Part shown: piece after piece, positions 1-12,406 of the stretch
Numbering within the stretch: the stretch's first letter is position 1
How the letters are laid out: every line of letters starts with the position of its first letter
Assembly: GCF_006345805.1 (NCBI RefSeq)
Contig: NC_042999.1
Location: 80,042,001 to 80,106,000 of the forward strand
Source of the DNA: Octopus sinensis
Taxonomy: Eukaryota
Direction of reading: 5' to 3'
DNA length: 64,000 nt
The notes under the pieces: generated by a model
The model's input: only the letters and a program-made list of their open reading frames with translations
The model's database searches: none
Told to the model about the DNA's origin: nothing
Made by a program: the position numbers and the translations under genes

Positions 1-516
1 CACGCATGCACACACTTCACACAAACACACATAAATATATATATATATACGTGTGTGTGTGTGTGTGATGCGTATACAGAAAAAACAAACGAATATGCTA
101 CTCCATTTGTTTCCCAAAAGTAAATGATAATTAAATATTGTTTTAAATATTCAAAAGTAAAAATAGAAAAACAAAACAACTTACAAATAAATTTTAATTG
201 GTAAGTCGTAAATTAATTGCAACAATTAGTAAATTTAAATGTAATTTCCCATTTACAAAATGATATACTTGAGATGAAAACGTAACTACAAGGGACAACA
301 AAGCACTAGTAATAAAATAAAAATAACAGGGAAATGAAAAACAGTTGTAACAGAATAGAAGAATTAAGGATTGATCGAATTATACGTTGCACGTGTTCTT
401 TCAAAATATCTATCAGCATGTTGAAAAGACGTTAGTGTTTATTTTTTAATTTCTCTGCCTATATGCGTGCGTATGTGAGTTCAACGGTTGTAAACATGTA
501 TGAATGCATACACACA

Positions 517-576
517 TGTATGTATGTATGTATGTATGTATGTATGTATGTATGTATGTATGTATGTATGTATGTA
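517..576. repeat. (TATG)n microsatellite
   Basis: Direct reading of about 15 tandem TATG units. Confidence 0.95.
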
Positions 577-1861
577 TTACTTTATACTATATCATTTTAG
601 GCAACTCTTCTAGAAGTTCCCGTCATAGCATATGAGGTCCCGGGTTCATTTCGACTTCGGAAAGTGTATTTTATCATAGTTTGGTGCTGACTCCAAGTCG
701 ACCCATCACCGCTCCTACCGCATCAAATTCCTTCACCTGCAACTCTAGCGACTGAATCTACTACATCCTCCTCTCCTTTCGTCATTCCTTGTACATTAGT
801 CAAACAGGTAGGCATATGCTGGACAGTTTGCAGAACATCGCTGGGGCATCAAACACAGCAATAACATCCCGGTCTCGCCCCACTTCTTCTCGACTGGTCA
901 TTCCTTGTAACAGTGTTCGTCGACGGGTTTCGCTTTCGCTATTCATGACATTAAAATTTATTTAAACATGTACTTTATTAAGAAGATATGTTTTGGTCCG
1001 TGTTATGTATGAAATTTATGATTGAATTATTCAACAAGTAGAAAAATCTAAGAGGAGGTAATTGGTTATCGTTATCATTGTGGGCAGGGGAGATAACTGT
1101 TCAGCTTTCGGTGGTGGGTGGAATATATATATATATATATATATACAAAAATTCGAAACCCAGATCAACGGGGAGAAATATGTATAGTGATGGGTATGTA
1201 ATCGTGAATTAAAATACGTAGGGTGATCAAAGTTGGTTATGCGTGCATATTTAGACATGTTCTGTATTTTCTTTATTTAAACGTTCTTGTAAAGAAATCG
1301 TATTTTTGCACTGCACATTTCCCTATGTATTCACGTGTGTGTGTGTGTTTATATATATATATCACTCGTCATCAACCGGATCATAGAATGATAGAAACAC
1401 ATATTCTAACGCGTCAAGGCGCAGGCTTTGTTTAGCTGAAAGATCTCCGATCTACTGAATTCGAGATCCGAGATTTTTAATAAATGTAAGCATTTGGACA
1501 AGTTTCTGTTATTGATCTGAAGAACACCACTCTCTCTGGCTTAGGTAAGCAATGTTGCAAACTTACACCTTTCCACTTCGAATTAAGTGCAAAATCCATA
1601 ATTAATTCCAACTCTAACGGGCCAAAAGTATGCAGCTTTTATCTTGCCCCACACCCTATTTCATTTTTCATTTTTTTTTTTGCTTTTTTCCTCGGCCTTT
1701 CTCGTTCTTTCTCCCTTTATTTCAAACAGCAGCCATGTTGTAACCTGAGTCTGAAATATTACCTAAAAATACACAGCATGGTTTACAAGTTTGTCTGACC
1801 ATCGTATTAGCAGAGGCATGAAACTAGTAATTGGTCGCGTTTAAATCTCCTGTTCTCCCCC

Positions 1862-1878
1862 ACCTCTCTCTCTCTCTT

Positions 1879-1951
<73 letters not shown>

Positions 1952-2094
1952 GTGTGAATGAATATATGCAACTTTATCTGTTTATCTCTTCTTTCTATTT
2001 CATTCTCTCCCCTCCCCGCCTCTTCCTCTCTCTACACACATATATACAAATGTATATATGTTTGTGTGTGTATGTGTGTGCGTCTGTGTGTCTG

Positions 2095-2136
<42 letters not shown>

Positions 2137-2160
2137 TAGATAGATATATATAGATATATA
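1862..2160. repeat. Compound (TC)/(TG)/(TA)/(GA)/(GATA) microsatellite block
   Basis: Consecutive dinucleotide tracts; source of the YIYI/CVCV pseudo-ORFs. Confidence 0.9.
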
Positions 2161-2886
2161 TACATGCATAGATTGATATGTACGTACATGCATAATACAT
2201 ATATAGATGCATATACATATTTGGTATGTATTTATGTATATATAAATACATACACACGCATTCAATTTTACAAATATACATGTATGTACACACACACACA
2301 CATAAATATATATACATACATACAAACACGCATATGTATATACACTTACATGAACAGATGTGTGTGTAACACGCACGCGTGTGTGAGTGCTTGCGTGTGT
2401 GCTTGTGTGTGTGTGTGTGTGCAGTCATACATACCATCACAACATATATATGCGTATCTATACACACTCAAACGCACAATCTTCTCTTATGCTATTTTAC
2501 CATAAGATTGAATTTATCAACAAAGCTTTGTATAATTCGAAGTACAATCAAATTATCGAAACACATTGTTATTTTCAAGAAGTCAATGACAACGATCTTT
2601 TAATTTTGTATAAGTTCCAATGAAAGACTCAAATTCAATTTTTCGGACGTATTTTGATACTGCTGTAGAGTTTTGTCGCTATAATTACCGTTCCTCTTCT
2701 TCATGTTATTGTTAATGTTGCCGTTTTAGCCCTTATTCTTCATGTTCTTTGTTTTCCAAATAGAATATTCATAGCTTATTGTTCTTATTCAACTTGGTGT
2801 GTTTTGTAAATATTTTCTGAATTTTATTTGGTATTCAGAATATTATATTATTGTTACTGTTGTTATTGTTGTTGTTGTTGTTTTTG

Positions 2887-3100
2887 TTCTTCTTCTTCTT
2901 CTTCTTCTTCTTCTTCTTCTTCTTCTTCTTCTTCTTCTTCTTCTTCTTCTTCTTCTTCTTCTTCTTCTTCTTCTTCTTCTTTCTTCTTCTCTTCTTCTTC
3001 TTCTTCTTCTTCTTCTTCTTCTTCTTCTTCTTCTTCTTCTTCTTCTTCTTCTTCTTCTTCTTCTTCTTCTTCTTCTTCTTCTTCTTCGTCTTCTTCTTCG
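2887..3100. repeat. (TTC)n microsatellite, ~210 bp
   Basis: Near-perfect TTC run; explains the poly-L/S/F/K ORFs in the track. Confidence 0.97.
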
Positions 3101-3332
3101 TCAAATCCGCGTCATATACTATCCTACCACCTTAAAAATATTAGCACATACAATCGTTACTAATATTTCAGATAAGATTATCCGACTTTACCGGGGATAT
3201 TACAGTAACAATGACAGCATGAAGAAGCAAAGAGAAATTGCTTTTAACATCACAAAACAGCACGGAATACATTTAAAAAGACACGATTCACACACAAATG
3301 TATATTTTGTAGGCATGGCGCAATAAATTTCA

Positions 3333-3491
3333 GCAGGAGTGGCTGTGTGGTAAGTAGCTTGCTTACCAACCACATGGTTCCGGGTTCATTCTCACAGCGT
3401 GGATCTTTGGTCAAGTGTCTTCTACTATAGCCTCGTGCCGACCAAAGACTTGTGAGTGGATTTGGTTGACAGAAACTGAAAGAAGCCTCTC

Positions 3492-3546
<55 letters not shown>

Positions 3547-3800
3547 CGTGTGTGTGCATGTGTATGTATGTGTGTATATGTTTGTGTGTCTGTGTTTGTC
3601 CCCCCAACATCGCTTAACAACCGATGCTGGTGGGCTTACGTCCTCGTAACTTAGCGGTTCGGCAAAAGAGACCGAAAGAATAAGTACTAGGCTTCCAAAG
3701 AATAAGTCTTGGGGTCGATTTGCTCGACTAAAGGCGGTGGCCCAGCATGGCCGCAGTCAAATGACTGAAACAAGTTAAAAGAGCAAAAAGAGTAAGAGTA
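3333..3800 (+). mobile_element. tRNA-derived SINE, family 1 (octopus OR/OK-type), full length
   Basis: Head GCAGGAGTGGCTGTGTGG...GGTTCCGGGTTCA (A/B-box-like), internal (TA)/(TG) tract, tail ...GACTGAAACAAGT..AAAGAG. The same sequence recurs at 6693, 25235, 42013, 42460, 48543 and 50726. The family name is from general knowledge, not a search. Confidence 0.85.
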
Positions 3801-3955
3801 GAGAGTACAGTATTAAAGACGCTAGAAACAACTTAATGGAAATTAAAAACATTATCTTCACATAGAGCATTCACCTAGCAATATTTTAGGAAACAGTTTG
3901 ACTGTCATAACATAGAGTATTCAAGATTCTGAAACACACTGCTATCTTACTAGAC

Positions 3956-4211
3956 CAGTGGTTCCCAAAGTGGGCGGTATTGTTCTCCTGGGGGCGGTGG
4001 AAAGTTCCAAGGGTGCGTTGAAAAAAAGTGGGGCGATAATGGGGTAGCGATTCATATAAAAACAACAAAACAATGCGTTGATGAAGTTAAACTTTATTTG
4101 TTAAATACAGTTGCTTTCAATATGTTTGTGATGGTTAGTTGGGGTGGGGCGCTAAGAATGTGTTGCTGGGTGTCAAGGGGGCGGCAGCCCGGAAAAGTTT
4201 GAGAACCACTG
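3956..4211. mobile_element. hAT (Charlie-like) MITE, 256 bp
   Basis: TIRs CAGTGGTTCCCAAA / TTTGAGAACCACTG; perfect 8-bp TSD TACTAGAC at 3948-3955 and 4212-4219. Confidence 0.9.
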
Positions 4212-4328
4212 TACTAGACAGACACTTCTAAGACGGGGGATGGTCTTATTGCTTACATAAAAAACAGGTATGACGGGTAACACTCAGGTATAATAGACTA
4301 GATTGTCACAGGGTGGTATCTGTGGAAA

Positions 4329-5254
4329 TACGAGGCGGTATCAAAAAGTTCCCAAACTGGACTAGTTCTGTAGTGCGCGAACAGATCAGAGCACATGGTT
4401 GCCTGCGCAGTGAGACCTAGCATTGACATTCATGAAGTAGTGTGCCGAATTTACTTCGCTAGTTGTGAAATTTGTATTTTTGTGATCACATGCATGTTGT
4501 AGTTTGAGGTTTTGTCGTGGTTAGGAAGTTGGAACAAAGAGCTAACGTGAAATTTTGCGTTAAATTTGCTAAGTCCGCTACAGAGACATTGAGCATACTT
4601 TGGTAAGCTTACGGTGACGAGACAACGGGTCGTATGCAATGTTTCCAGCGGTACAGACGTTTCAAAAACGGAAGAACGTCCCTGGAAGACGATGAGTGAT
4701 CTGGAAGACCTACCACGAGCGTCACCTCCGGAAATGTGGTATTGTGCATCAAGAATTCGTCCCCCCAGGGCCAGACCGTTAATTGAGAGTTTTAGTGTGA
4801 CGTTTTGAAGTTTGAGGAATACATTCAGCGAAGCAACCGGATGTGGAGTACGAAGAATTGGATTCTTTACGACAACAATACACCCTGTCATCGAGCTTTC
4901 CTCGCTTGTCAGTCTCTTGTCAAAAACAACATACTATCGCTTTCGCACCCGCCTTATTCGCCAGATTTAGCACCTGCGCACTTCCATCGGTTCCCCAAGC
5001 TGAAAGTGCAGTTCAAAGGTCACCGTTTGTCGAAATACCTTTGTCGAAATCCAGAGTGAATCAGGGAAGGTCCTCGACTCGCTTACGGAAAATGACTTCC
5101 AGGCCGGATTCCAAAGTGGTAGGAACGCTGGAACCGGTTAATTGCTGCGCAAGGTGGTGATATTTCGAAGGAGATGATGTTAAACTTAGGTAAATAAGTT
5201 ATTTTTTTTATTAAACATAATTACTCCTGGGACTTTTTCATAACATCTCACATA
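4329..5254 (+). mobile_element. Internally deleted, decayed mariner (DD34D-type) transposon
   Basis: TIR TACGAGGCGGTATCAAAAAGTTCC with a degenerate inverse near 5228-5254. Transposase remnants EQRANVKFC...RFKNGRTSLEDDE*SGRP and WILYDNNTPCHRA...HPPYSPDLAP (ORF 4805-5059), with stops and frameshifts. Confidence 0.85.
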
Positions 5255-6010
5255 GTTGGCCTCTATGAATAATATCAGGAAATATCCTGCATCTCACTAA
5301 TTCCCTCTTTTATTGTCTTTCCACCTTATCTATTGGATGTAAAGTATGACCGGAGAGATCAATCGACCAACCAGCAATCATGTTGACCACTGTTAAATAG
5401 AAACGACAAATAACACTTGTAAGTTACCAAGGAGAGATACTAGACTAGGAATGCAGGATTTTCATAAAAATCGAAGTCTCAAAATATCTTAATATAAGAA
5501 AAGCATATCTGTATCCCTATGAAGGTCACCGATCATCTTACCATCACAATTACTTTATCACACTCACAAACACCATCGTTGGGAATGCATCAAATGCACT
5601 CAATGCCTCTTGGTTTTTATGTTGTACAGATAACAAAGAAGTAAAATAATGCAATCATAACTAAACTTACTTTACATCCTAAACAATACGCATCAACACG
5701 AACAAATACCTCACAGAGCCAAATACAACAACTCTTTCCCAGGTATAACCTTCTGCTCCACACACTTACCTACCCATAACTACTTTGAAAACAATTAGCT
5801 AAATTTCTTTACATTGCTTACTAATTGCCATCACAAAAGCGTTGTATGTGAATAAACAAAGCACAAACACTTTTACAAACTTCAAAAGAATACAATGGAA
5901 CGAGTTCTATCAAGGAGCAATCAAAGTTTTCAGAATTCAACAGCACCAAAATCACCAACAGAGACATTGCAGCAGTAAATACATTCAGGAAAATAATTAT
6001 AGACCCATCC

Positions 6011-6116
<106 letters not shown>

Positions 6117-6692
6117 CACGAGACAACATAAGAATATACCTCCAGTCACACTCCAGAAATAACCAGGCTCATAATAAACTGGAGACTATTTCGAACACAA
6201 TACACCGAAACTACAAACACCTGAAATAGACCAGCATCAACTTCTTAAGAGCGAAATAACACAATAAATAAATAAATAAATAAACCAGAGAAAAAAGAGA
6301 AAGCTTGAAAACATTTGTATCCAAGATAAACTACAATAACTAACAGCTAGCATTGTATAAAGTAATTAACTGTATAGACGTCTTTATTTTCCACCACTTC
6401 ATTGTCGATATAGTAGGTCCTAATGATGTATGAGAGCCAACTATATTTATCATAACCTTCCTCTGTAAATACACGTAACTTTACTATGTTTCTCGTTTTG
6501 GTTCCGAATTTGGTGGTTTTTGTTTGTTTTGTTTTTTGTAGAAAAAGGAAAACCCAGTATTCATATATCTAGATGTAACTTTCAATGCTTTGCTTAAATG
6601 AAGTACATACTAGCAATAAATTAATGTCATTAAAACACTGGCGCCAGCTCTGTAGTAGCGAAGCTTCCATTGTACCAATTCTATCAGTGTCT

Positions 6693-6784
6693 TCCCCAAG
6701 TTACGGGAATATAAACACATCGACATCGGTTGTCAAGCGATGGTGGGGGTTAAAGACTAACACAAACGCACAAACACATACACG

Positions 6785-6867
<83 letters not shown>

Positions 6868-7030
6868 GAGGGGCTTCTTTCAGTTTACGTCTACCAAATC
6901 CACTCACAAGGCTTTGGTCGGCCCGAGGCTATAGTAGAAGACACTTGCCCAAGGTGCCACGCAGTGGGACTGAACTCGGAACCATGTGTTTGGGAAGCAA
7001 GCTACTTATCACACAACTACCCTGCGCCTA
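6693..7030 (-). mobile_element. SINE family 1, 3'-truncated copy
   Basis: Reverse complement of the 3333 copy, with an expanded (CA)n at 6780-6858. Confidence 0.85.
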
Positions 7031-7899
7031 TACTTACCACACAGCCACACCTACGCCTATACTTACTACACATCTAGTTTTTCACAAGATAAGGGGGAAA
7101 ACAAAGTATGTTCAGTAATGTATCTAAGTATGATACATTATAATATATGCGAACGCAGTACTATATGAGGAATTATGCATATGATTTACGTTTATGTATA
7201 TTATTTACGTTTCGGCTGATGTACTTTCCAGCCTTCACCAGGAGTCTTGGAGAAATTTCGAACCTGGGTTGTTGTTGTTGTTGTTGCTGTTGTTGCTGTT
7301 GTTGATCCTAATAAGTGGGAAGGAACAAAATTTCTCTGCCCGCCAAGGGCTTGCTCGCAAATTTGCGAGCCTCTTCGGAGTTGTCAAATAGCAAGCTTCT
7401 TACCACACAGCCAACCCTGCGCCTATATATGTGTTTAATTGTGGTATCTTCGAACCATGACATCTGAAGAAGCGAATGGATAAAAGAATTATTGCATATT
7501 TCCATATATTATGAATTGCATAACATTATATGAGATATGGAATAAAATTACATTCTATTTACGGAGAGAATCTAATCTCAAATTGAATTATGTTTTCCTG
7601 ATTTAAATTATTGCGTCCATTATTCATTCTGCGAGGTTTATTTCACGCCTATTAGACTCTATTAAGTAGTGTTGTACTCCCTTTTGCATTAATCGAAGTC
7701 TTACGGATCTCCTTTTGACTTTGGAATACTGCGCTAGCCAGGATCTAGCACAATGTGCTAATGAGGTGATAGCCAAGGTTATATCGTTCCCTCGGTCTGT
7801 GTATGTGTGTGTCTAGTGCAATATATGGATTTATAGAATCCGATAGAAAGCACAAAAATGCTCCTTTACCACACCACAGAGTACCATACCATCCAGTAC

Positions 7900-8253
7900 G
7901 GAGGAGTATAATGTAGAGTTTTATGCAACTGAAATCCAGAAGATCCAGTCAATAAAATTATTTTATGACGAGGTTTGTACAACATAAAAAGCTAGGAAGT
8001 ATGAGAGATGAATAGAGAAATTAGAGAACTTATAGTGCAAGTTTTGGAAAGAGGACAGGGGTGCGAAGCCGAAAATGGCTGCCATTTAAGCGATGTCATT
8101 TTTCATATGTGATGTAGTGTTGCAAAATCTGACTCATGCATATCAATTTCCATTACGTCCTTTATATTGTATCAAAATTTCATGCATTTATTTGTAAAGT
8201 TAAGGATGTTATTAAAAACTGAAACAAATCAGTAACTTTTGCCACAACCTGTA
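7900..8253 (+). mobile_element. Decayed Tc1/mariner-superfamily right end
   Basis: Translated tail ENGCHLSDVIFHM* (~8071-8112) resembles ITm transposase C-termini; terminal GTAACTTTTGCCACAACCTG+TA reads as a CAG-starting TIR. Confidence 0.4.
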
Positions 8254-8255
8254 TA

Positions 8256-8305
8256 TAGATAGATCGATAGATAGATAGATGGATAGATAGATAGATAGAT
8301 AGATG

Positions 8306-8392
<87 letters not shown>

Positions 8393-8413
8393 GGATGGAT
8401 GGATGGATGGATG

Positions 8414-8472
<59 letters not shown>

Positions 8473-8485
8473 GGATGGATGGATG

Positions 8486-8548
<63 letters not shown>

Positions 8549-8585
8549 GGATGGATGGATGGATAGATAGATGGATGGATGGATG

Positions 8586-8631
<46 letters not shown>

Positions 8632-8657
8632 AAGATAGATAGATAGATAGATAGATG

Positions 8658-8689
<32 letters not shown>
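8256..8689. repeat. (GATA)n/(GATG)n tract, left boundary of the retrotransposon array
   Basis: About 434 bp of GATA units with GATG variants, directly abutting the 3' end of element A. Confidence 0.97.
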
Positions 8690-8988
8690 TGTTTCTTTAT
8701 TAGCCACACAGGGCTGCACACAGATAGAACAAATTACAAGGTAGAGCTTTTGTTTTGAAGGTTTAAAAAAAAAAAAAAAAAAAAAAAAGGAAAAAAAATT
8801 GATCGATAGGGATCGTTATCACAGAAATGTCAATATGAAGTGTAAAGGGGAGGACAGGTGAGGTTTACCCGTGGAAAGAAAAGCCTACGGAAAAGACCAC
8901 GGTAACCTCGGTCAATGAAGTCACATTTTATATTTCTTTTTTTTTTTTTTTTTGCAAATAAGCAACTCTCTGTTTTCGATTTCTGGGT

Positions 8989-11900
8989 TCATAGGACTAT
9001 GCTCAAGGTGGCTTCGTCATTCATACGTGCCATTCTTGCTACATTCACCCATCTTTTTTTAAAACATTCGCTAGACAAAACTTGCCTCTCTACTCTCACT
9101 TTCCTTTTCAAGTGGTACTTGAAGAAGTTGATGAGAGATTGACCAGAGAGGAAAGTGTTTGTCTCCAATCCTTTCAGACGCGTCCACCAGATACATTCTT
9201 TCGCCATAGCCACAAGGATGAAAATAGCTCTTCCTTCCCGTTTGAAGGAAGGAGGCGTGACAATATTGACGATAGACTCAGCTGATAAACCGACTCGTCC
9301 CACACGTGACAGCATTGTTCGACATAAGCCCACAGGTCGGAAATTGTTGGACACTGAACGAGTGCGTGCAGAACGGTTTCGTCGCTCTGACCGCATCTCG
9401 GGCAGGTCGGCCCCGTGTTTCTCGAGCCGTGTCTGTAGAGCTTATCCCGAACGGGTAGCGCTTCTCGGTAGCACTGCCAGGCCAGGGATCTCTGGAAGTT
9501 GTCCATGGGCCCTGGCCCGAAAGTCGTCCCGAACAGGCGGGTCAGGTACTCCTCGTCGACGTCCAGGTACGTCCCGAGCTCGTCGTCGTACCTCCCCTCC
9601 ACTAAACCCCTATAGAATGCTTTGGTTGTGTTGAAGTCACTTAAGGTCGACCCAGGACGGCAGAGTTGCTTGAGAGCAACGCGACACTCGCGGTGCCATT
9701 CGCCCTTCCTCGGCCTCTTTTTGATCCACGACTGCAGTTCGGTCATGGAGACGAGCTGCGGGAAAGCGTGCCTCACAAACGGCGACCACACCTGTTCACC
9801 GTCGTCTACATAGAGCCAGAGATGTCGCAGTCTCAGCGCGTGTCTGCGCATCATCAACCACGGCATGCCCAGCCCTCCTTTTAACGGGTGTTGACAGCAA
9901 ATGGATCGCCTGACCATCGGGACGCATCCTTTCCACAAGAAGCGAAAGAGGATGCGTTGTAGTTTGGTGATGGTAGGGTCGGGACAAGGTACGACGGTCA
10001 GGCGGTAGTAGATGACGGACGCGATGTACGTGTTCGCCACCTCCGCTCGACCTTTTAGGGACAGTTTCCTCTCGGCCCATTGCCGGGCGAGAGTGACCAC
10101 CCTACTCGTTATCTCGTTCCAGTTCTTCTCCACTTGGAGGTCCGGACCAAACCAGACCCCGAGCAACTCAACCGGGCCGTCGGTCCAGCGTCCCACGACG
10201 GAGGCGCTGGTGGACGGCATGGGCTTGCTTCTCCAGGTGCCTAGTCGCAAGCCCACTGACTTTTCCCGGTTGATTTTCGCTCCTGTCACCGCTTCGTAGT
10301 TTTTCAGTGTCTCGCCGACCAGCTCGATGTGCTCGTGGCTAGACACTATGACGGTGACGTCGTCCGCGTATGCAGACACGCTCGTCCCGCATCCCAATTC
10401 TCGCGGGATGTCCCTTAGAGTCGCCAGCTTCCGTAGTAGTGGCTCAAGAGTCAATACGTATAGAAGCGCCGAGAGGGGGCATCCCTGACGGACCGAACGT
10501 GCAATGTCGAAAGGTCTCGATAGATGTCCATTTACGCGAATTACCGAACGGGACCGAAACCAGCCGCTCTCAGGACTGCCTCCAAGTATCGATGGTCTAC
10601 CCTATCAAAGGCTTTCGATTGATCCAAGTTGATCAGGGCTCCACCTATGCCAGGTTCGTTAACTACCCTGTCTATGATGTAGCGCATCAGATGGAGGTTG
10701 TCATGGATGGTCCGGCCTGGCACGGCGCATGTTTGCGCCTTGTCGACCAGTTTCTCGATGACAAGCGCCAACCTCTTGGCTAGCACCTTGGCCAAAATTT
10801 TCAAGTCTGCATTAAGCAGAGTGATGGGCCTAAAGTTATCTATTACATTTCCCTTGTTTAGATCTTTCTTCAGCAGTGTTACGGCTCCTCGGCTCACAAA
10901 ACCAGGAATGCTCCCGTTTTGCTGCCATTGCAGTACACCGCCGCCGCCAGAGATCTCCAACAAGTCTGGCATACATTGTAAAGCTCGTAGGGTAGACCAT
11001 CCAAACCCGGTGATTTGTCCCTCGAGCATTCTGCCATCGCTTCCTGCACTTCCGCCGCCGTGATGGCACCTTCGCAGCACCCTGCCTTTCTTGTCGAGAG
11101 TCGTGGTAGGCTATGTAGGTAGGCACTGAAGTCCACCCTACGTTCTTGCCCTCCACTCGTTCCGAACAGTCGGGCAAAATGCTGCTGAAAGGCCTCACAC
11201 ATTTTACTTGGCTCGAGCATTCGCGCCCCTGTTCATCTACCAGTGACCGAATGGTGGCTTTGTTGCCCTGTTGCGCCTCTGCCACCCGGGCCTCTCTCGC
11301 GGCTCCAACACCTTCGTTCCTTAGAGCACGCATCCTAGCTCTGACAGCACATCCTTCGTGTTTGGCGTTGAAGTGTTGGTCGAGGGCCAACCTCGCCGCC
11401 AAAACGTCGGATGCGATGCCGCTTCTAATTGCCTCTTCTAGCTTCTTACTAGCTCACCCTCTACTCTATTTCTGTCTATGGCTAGTGCTTTGCTGTACCT
11501 AATCGCTTCTTCTGCTTTTACTGCTCTCTTGAGGGCAAACCACCATTTGTGTGTTGATGATGGCTCCCGTCAAAGCCCTCTTACTAGTGTGCTAATCCGG
11601 TCTCTGAAAACTTGTCTCGATGGGAAAGACGCGTTTAGTTTCCAGTATCCGGGACCCTGCCTAACTGTCTTACCTAAGTCTAGCGTACATGTCACAAGTT
11701 TGTGATCCGTGTAGCTGACTATGTGGAATTGTGGACATCCTATGCTATCTCTATCTACTGTCCTACACAGTATCCTATCTAGATACGATCTCGACGACCC
11801 GATGCGGTTGCTCCATGTCCACGTTGGCGCATTCGGTGTTCTAGTCGGAACCTGTCAGACAGTTGAAAGCGTCTGAGCAGGTCTCTGAGGCATTTGCATC

Positions 11901-12379
11901 CCCGTCTATTCCTATCTCTACCCACGTAGTCTACATGCGTGTCCAAGGTAGCATTCCAATCCCCCACTAAGAGTAAAGGACGAGACGTTCCCAAGAAATT
12001 TCTAGATGTTGAAAGAAATCCGCCCGACCTGTTAAGGGCGGTGCGTAAACTGATACGAGTCGAAAAGCGCACCCATTGCTGCCGTCGACATCCAGGACGA
12101 CCAGTCTACCCTCCGGGTCTACGAATATTGTCCTTACATTGAGATCCAGACTCTTGTGAAAAAGTACCGCGGTGCCACTACCGCCCATTCTCGGCAGACA
12201 GGGGAAAAATAAACGTTGAACTGTCCGCCAAACATGGTCTTTAAGGCCCGCGGATTGTGGAGTCTGGTCTCGCTTATGGCTATGATTTCTAACTTATGTG
12301 ACTTTATGTCATTTAAGAGGTACCCTTGTTTCCAAGGGGACCCCAAGCCACGCGCATTTACACAACCAATCTTGATCAT
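8989..12379 (-). pseudogene. ORF2 of copy A: APE endonuclease + reverse transcriptase + C-terminal Cys/His finger, frameshifted as assembled
   Basis: APE: MIKIGCVNARGL, ISETRL, VYAP, LVGDWN and a TDH-type end. RT: NFRPITLLNADLKILAKVLAKRL, LDQSKAFDRVDH, SAYADDVTV, GAKINREKS. C-terminus: CPRCGQSDETVLHALVQCP. Spread over ORFs 12134-12379, 11967-12188, 11779-12072, 10836-11402, 10894-11220, 10541-11080, 9174-10454 and 8989-9396. Confidence 0.92.
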
Positions 12380-12406
12380 AGTTCTAATGAATTAGAATAC
12401 AGAGGG

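Noticed and set aside
600-720. Possible degenerate SINE head (GGTCCCGGGTTCA..GTCGACCC)
   Set aside because: Too decayed to assign boundaries or family.
3333-3420. tRNA-like heads with A/B boxes as tRNA genes
   Set aside because: They continue into SINE bodies repeated many times in the window; no complete cloverleaf could be drawn.
1831-3654. Many ORFs rich in YI, CV, HT, L, S, K or N (also throughout 25-28, 37-47 and 52-60 kb)
   Set aside because: They are translations of di-, tri- and tetranucleotide microsatellites, with no domain content.
12376-12379. Apparent ATGA stop/start overlap coupling ORF1 to ORF2 in copy A
   Set aside because: The ORF ending there (12376-12852) is out of frame with the conserved ORF1 C-terminus. 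The frame homologous to copy E stops at 12407-12409, 27 nt upstream, and copy E has no overlap.
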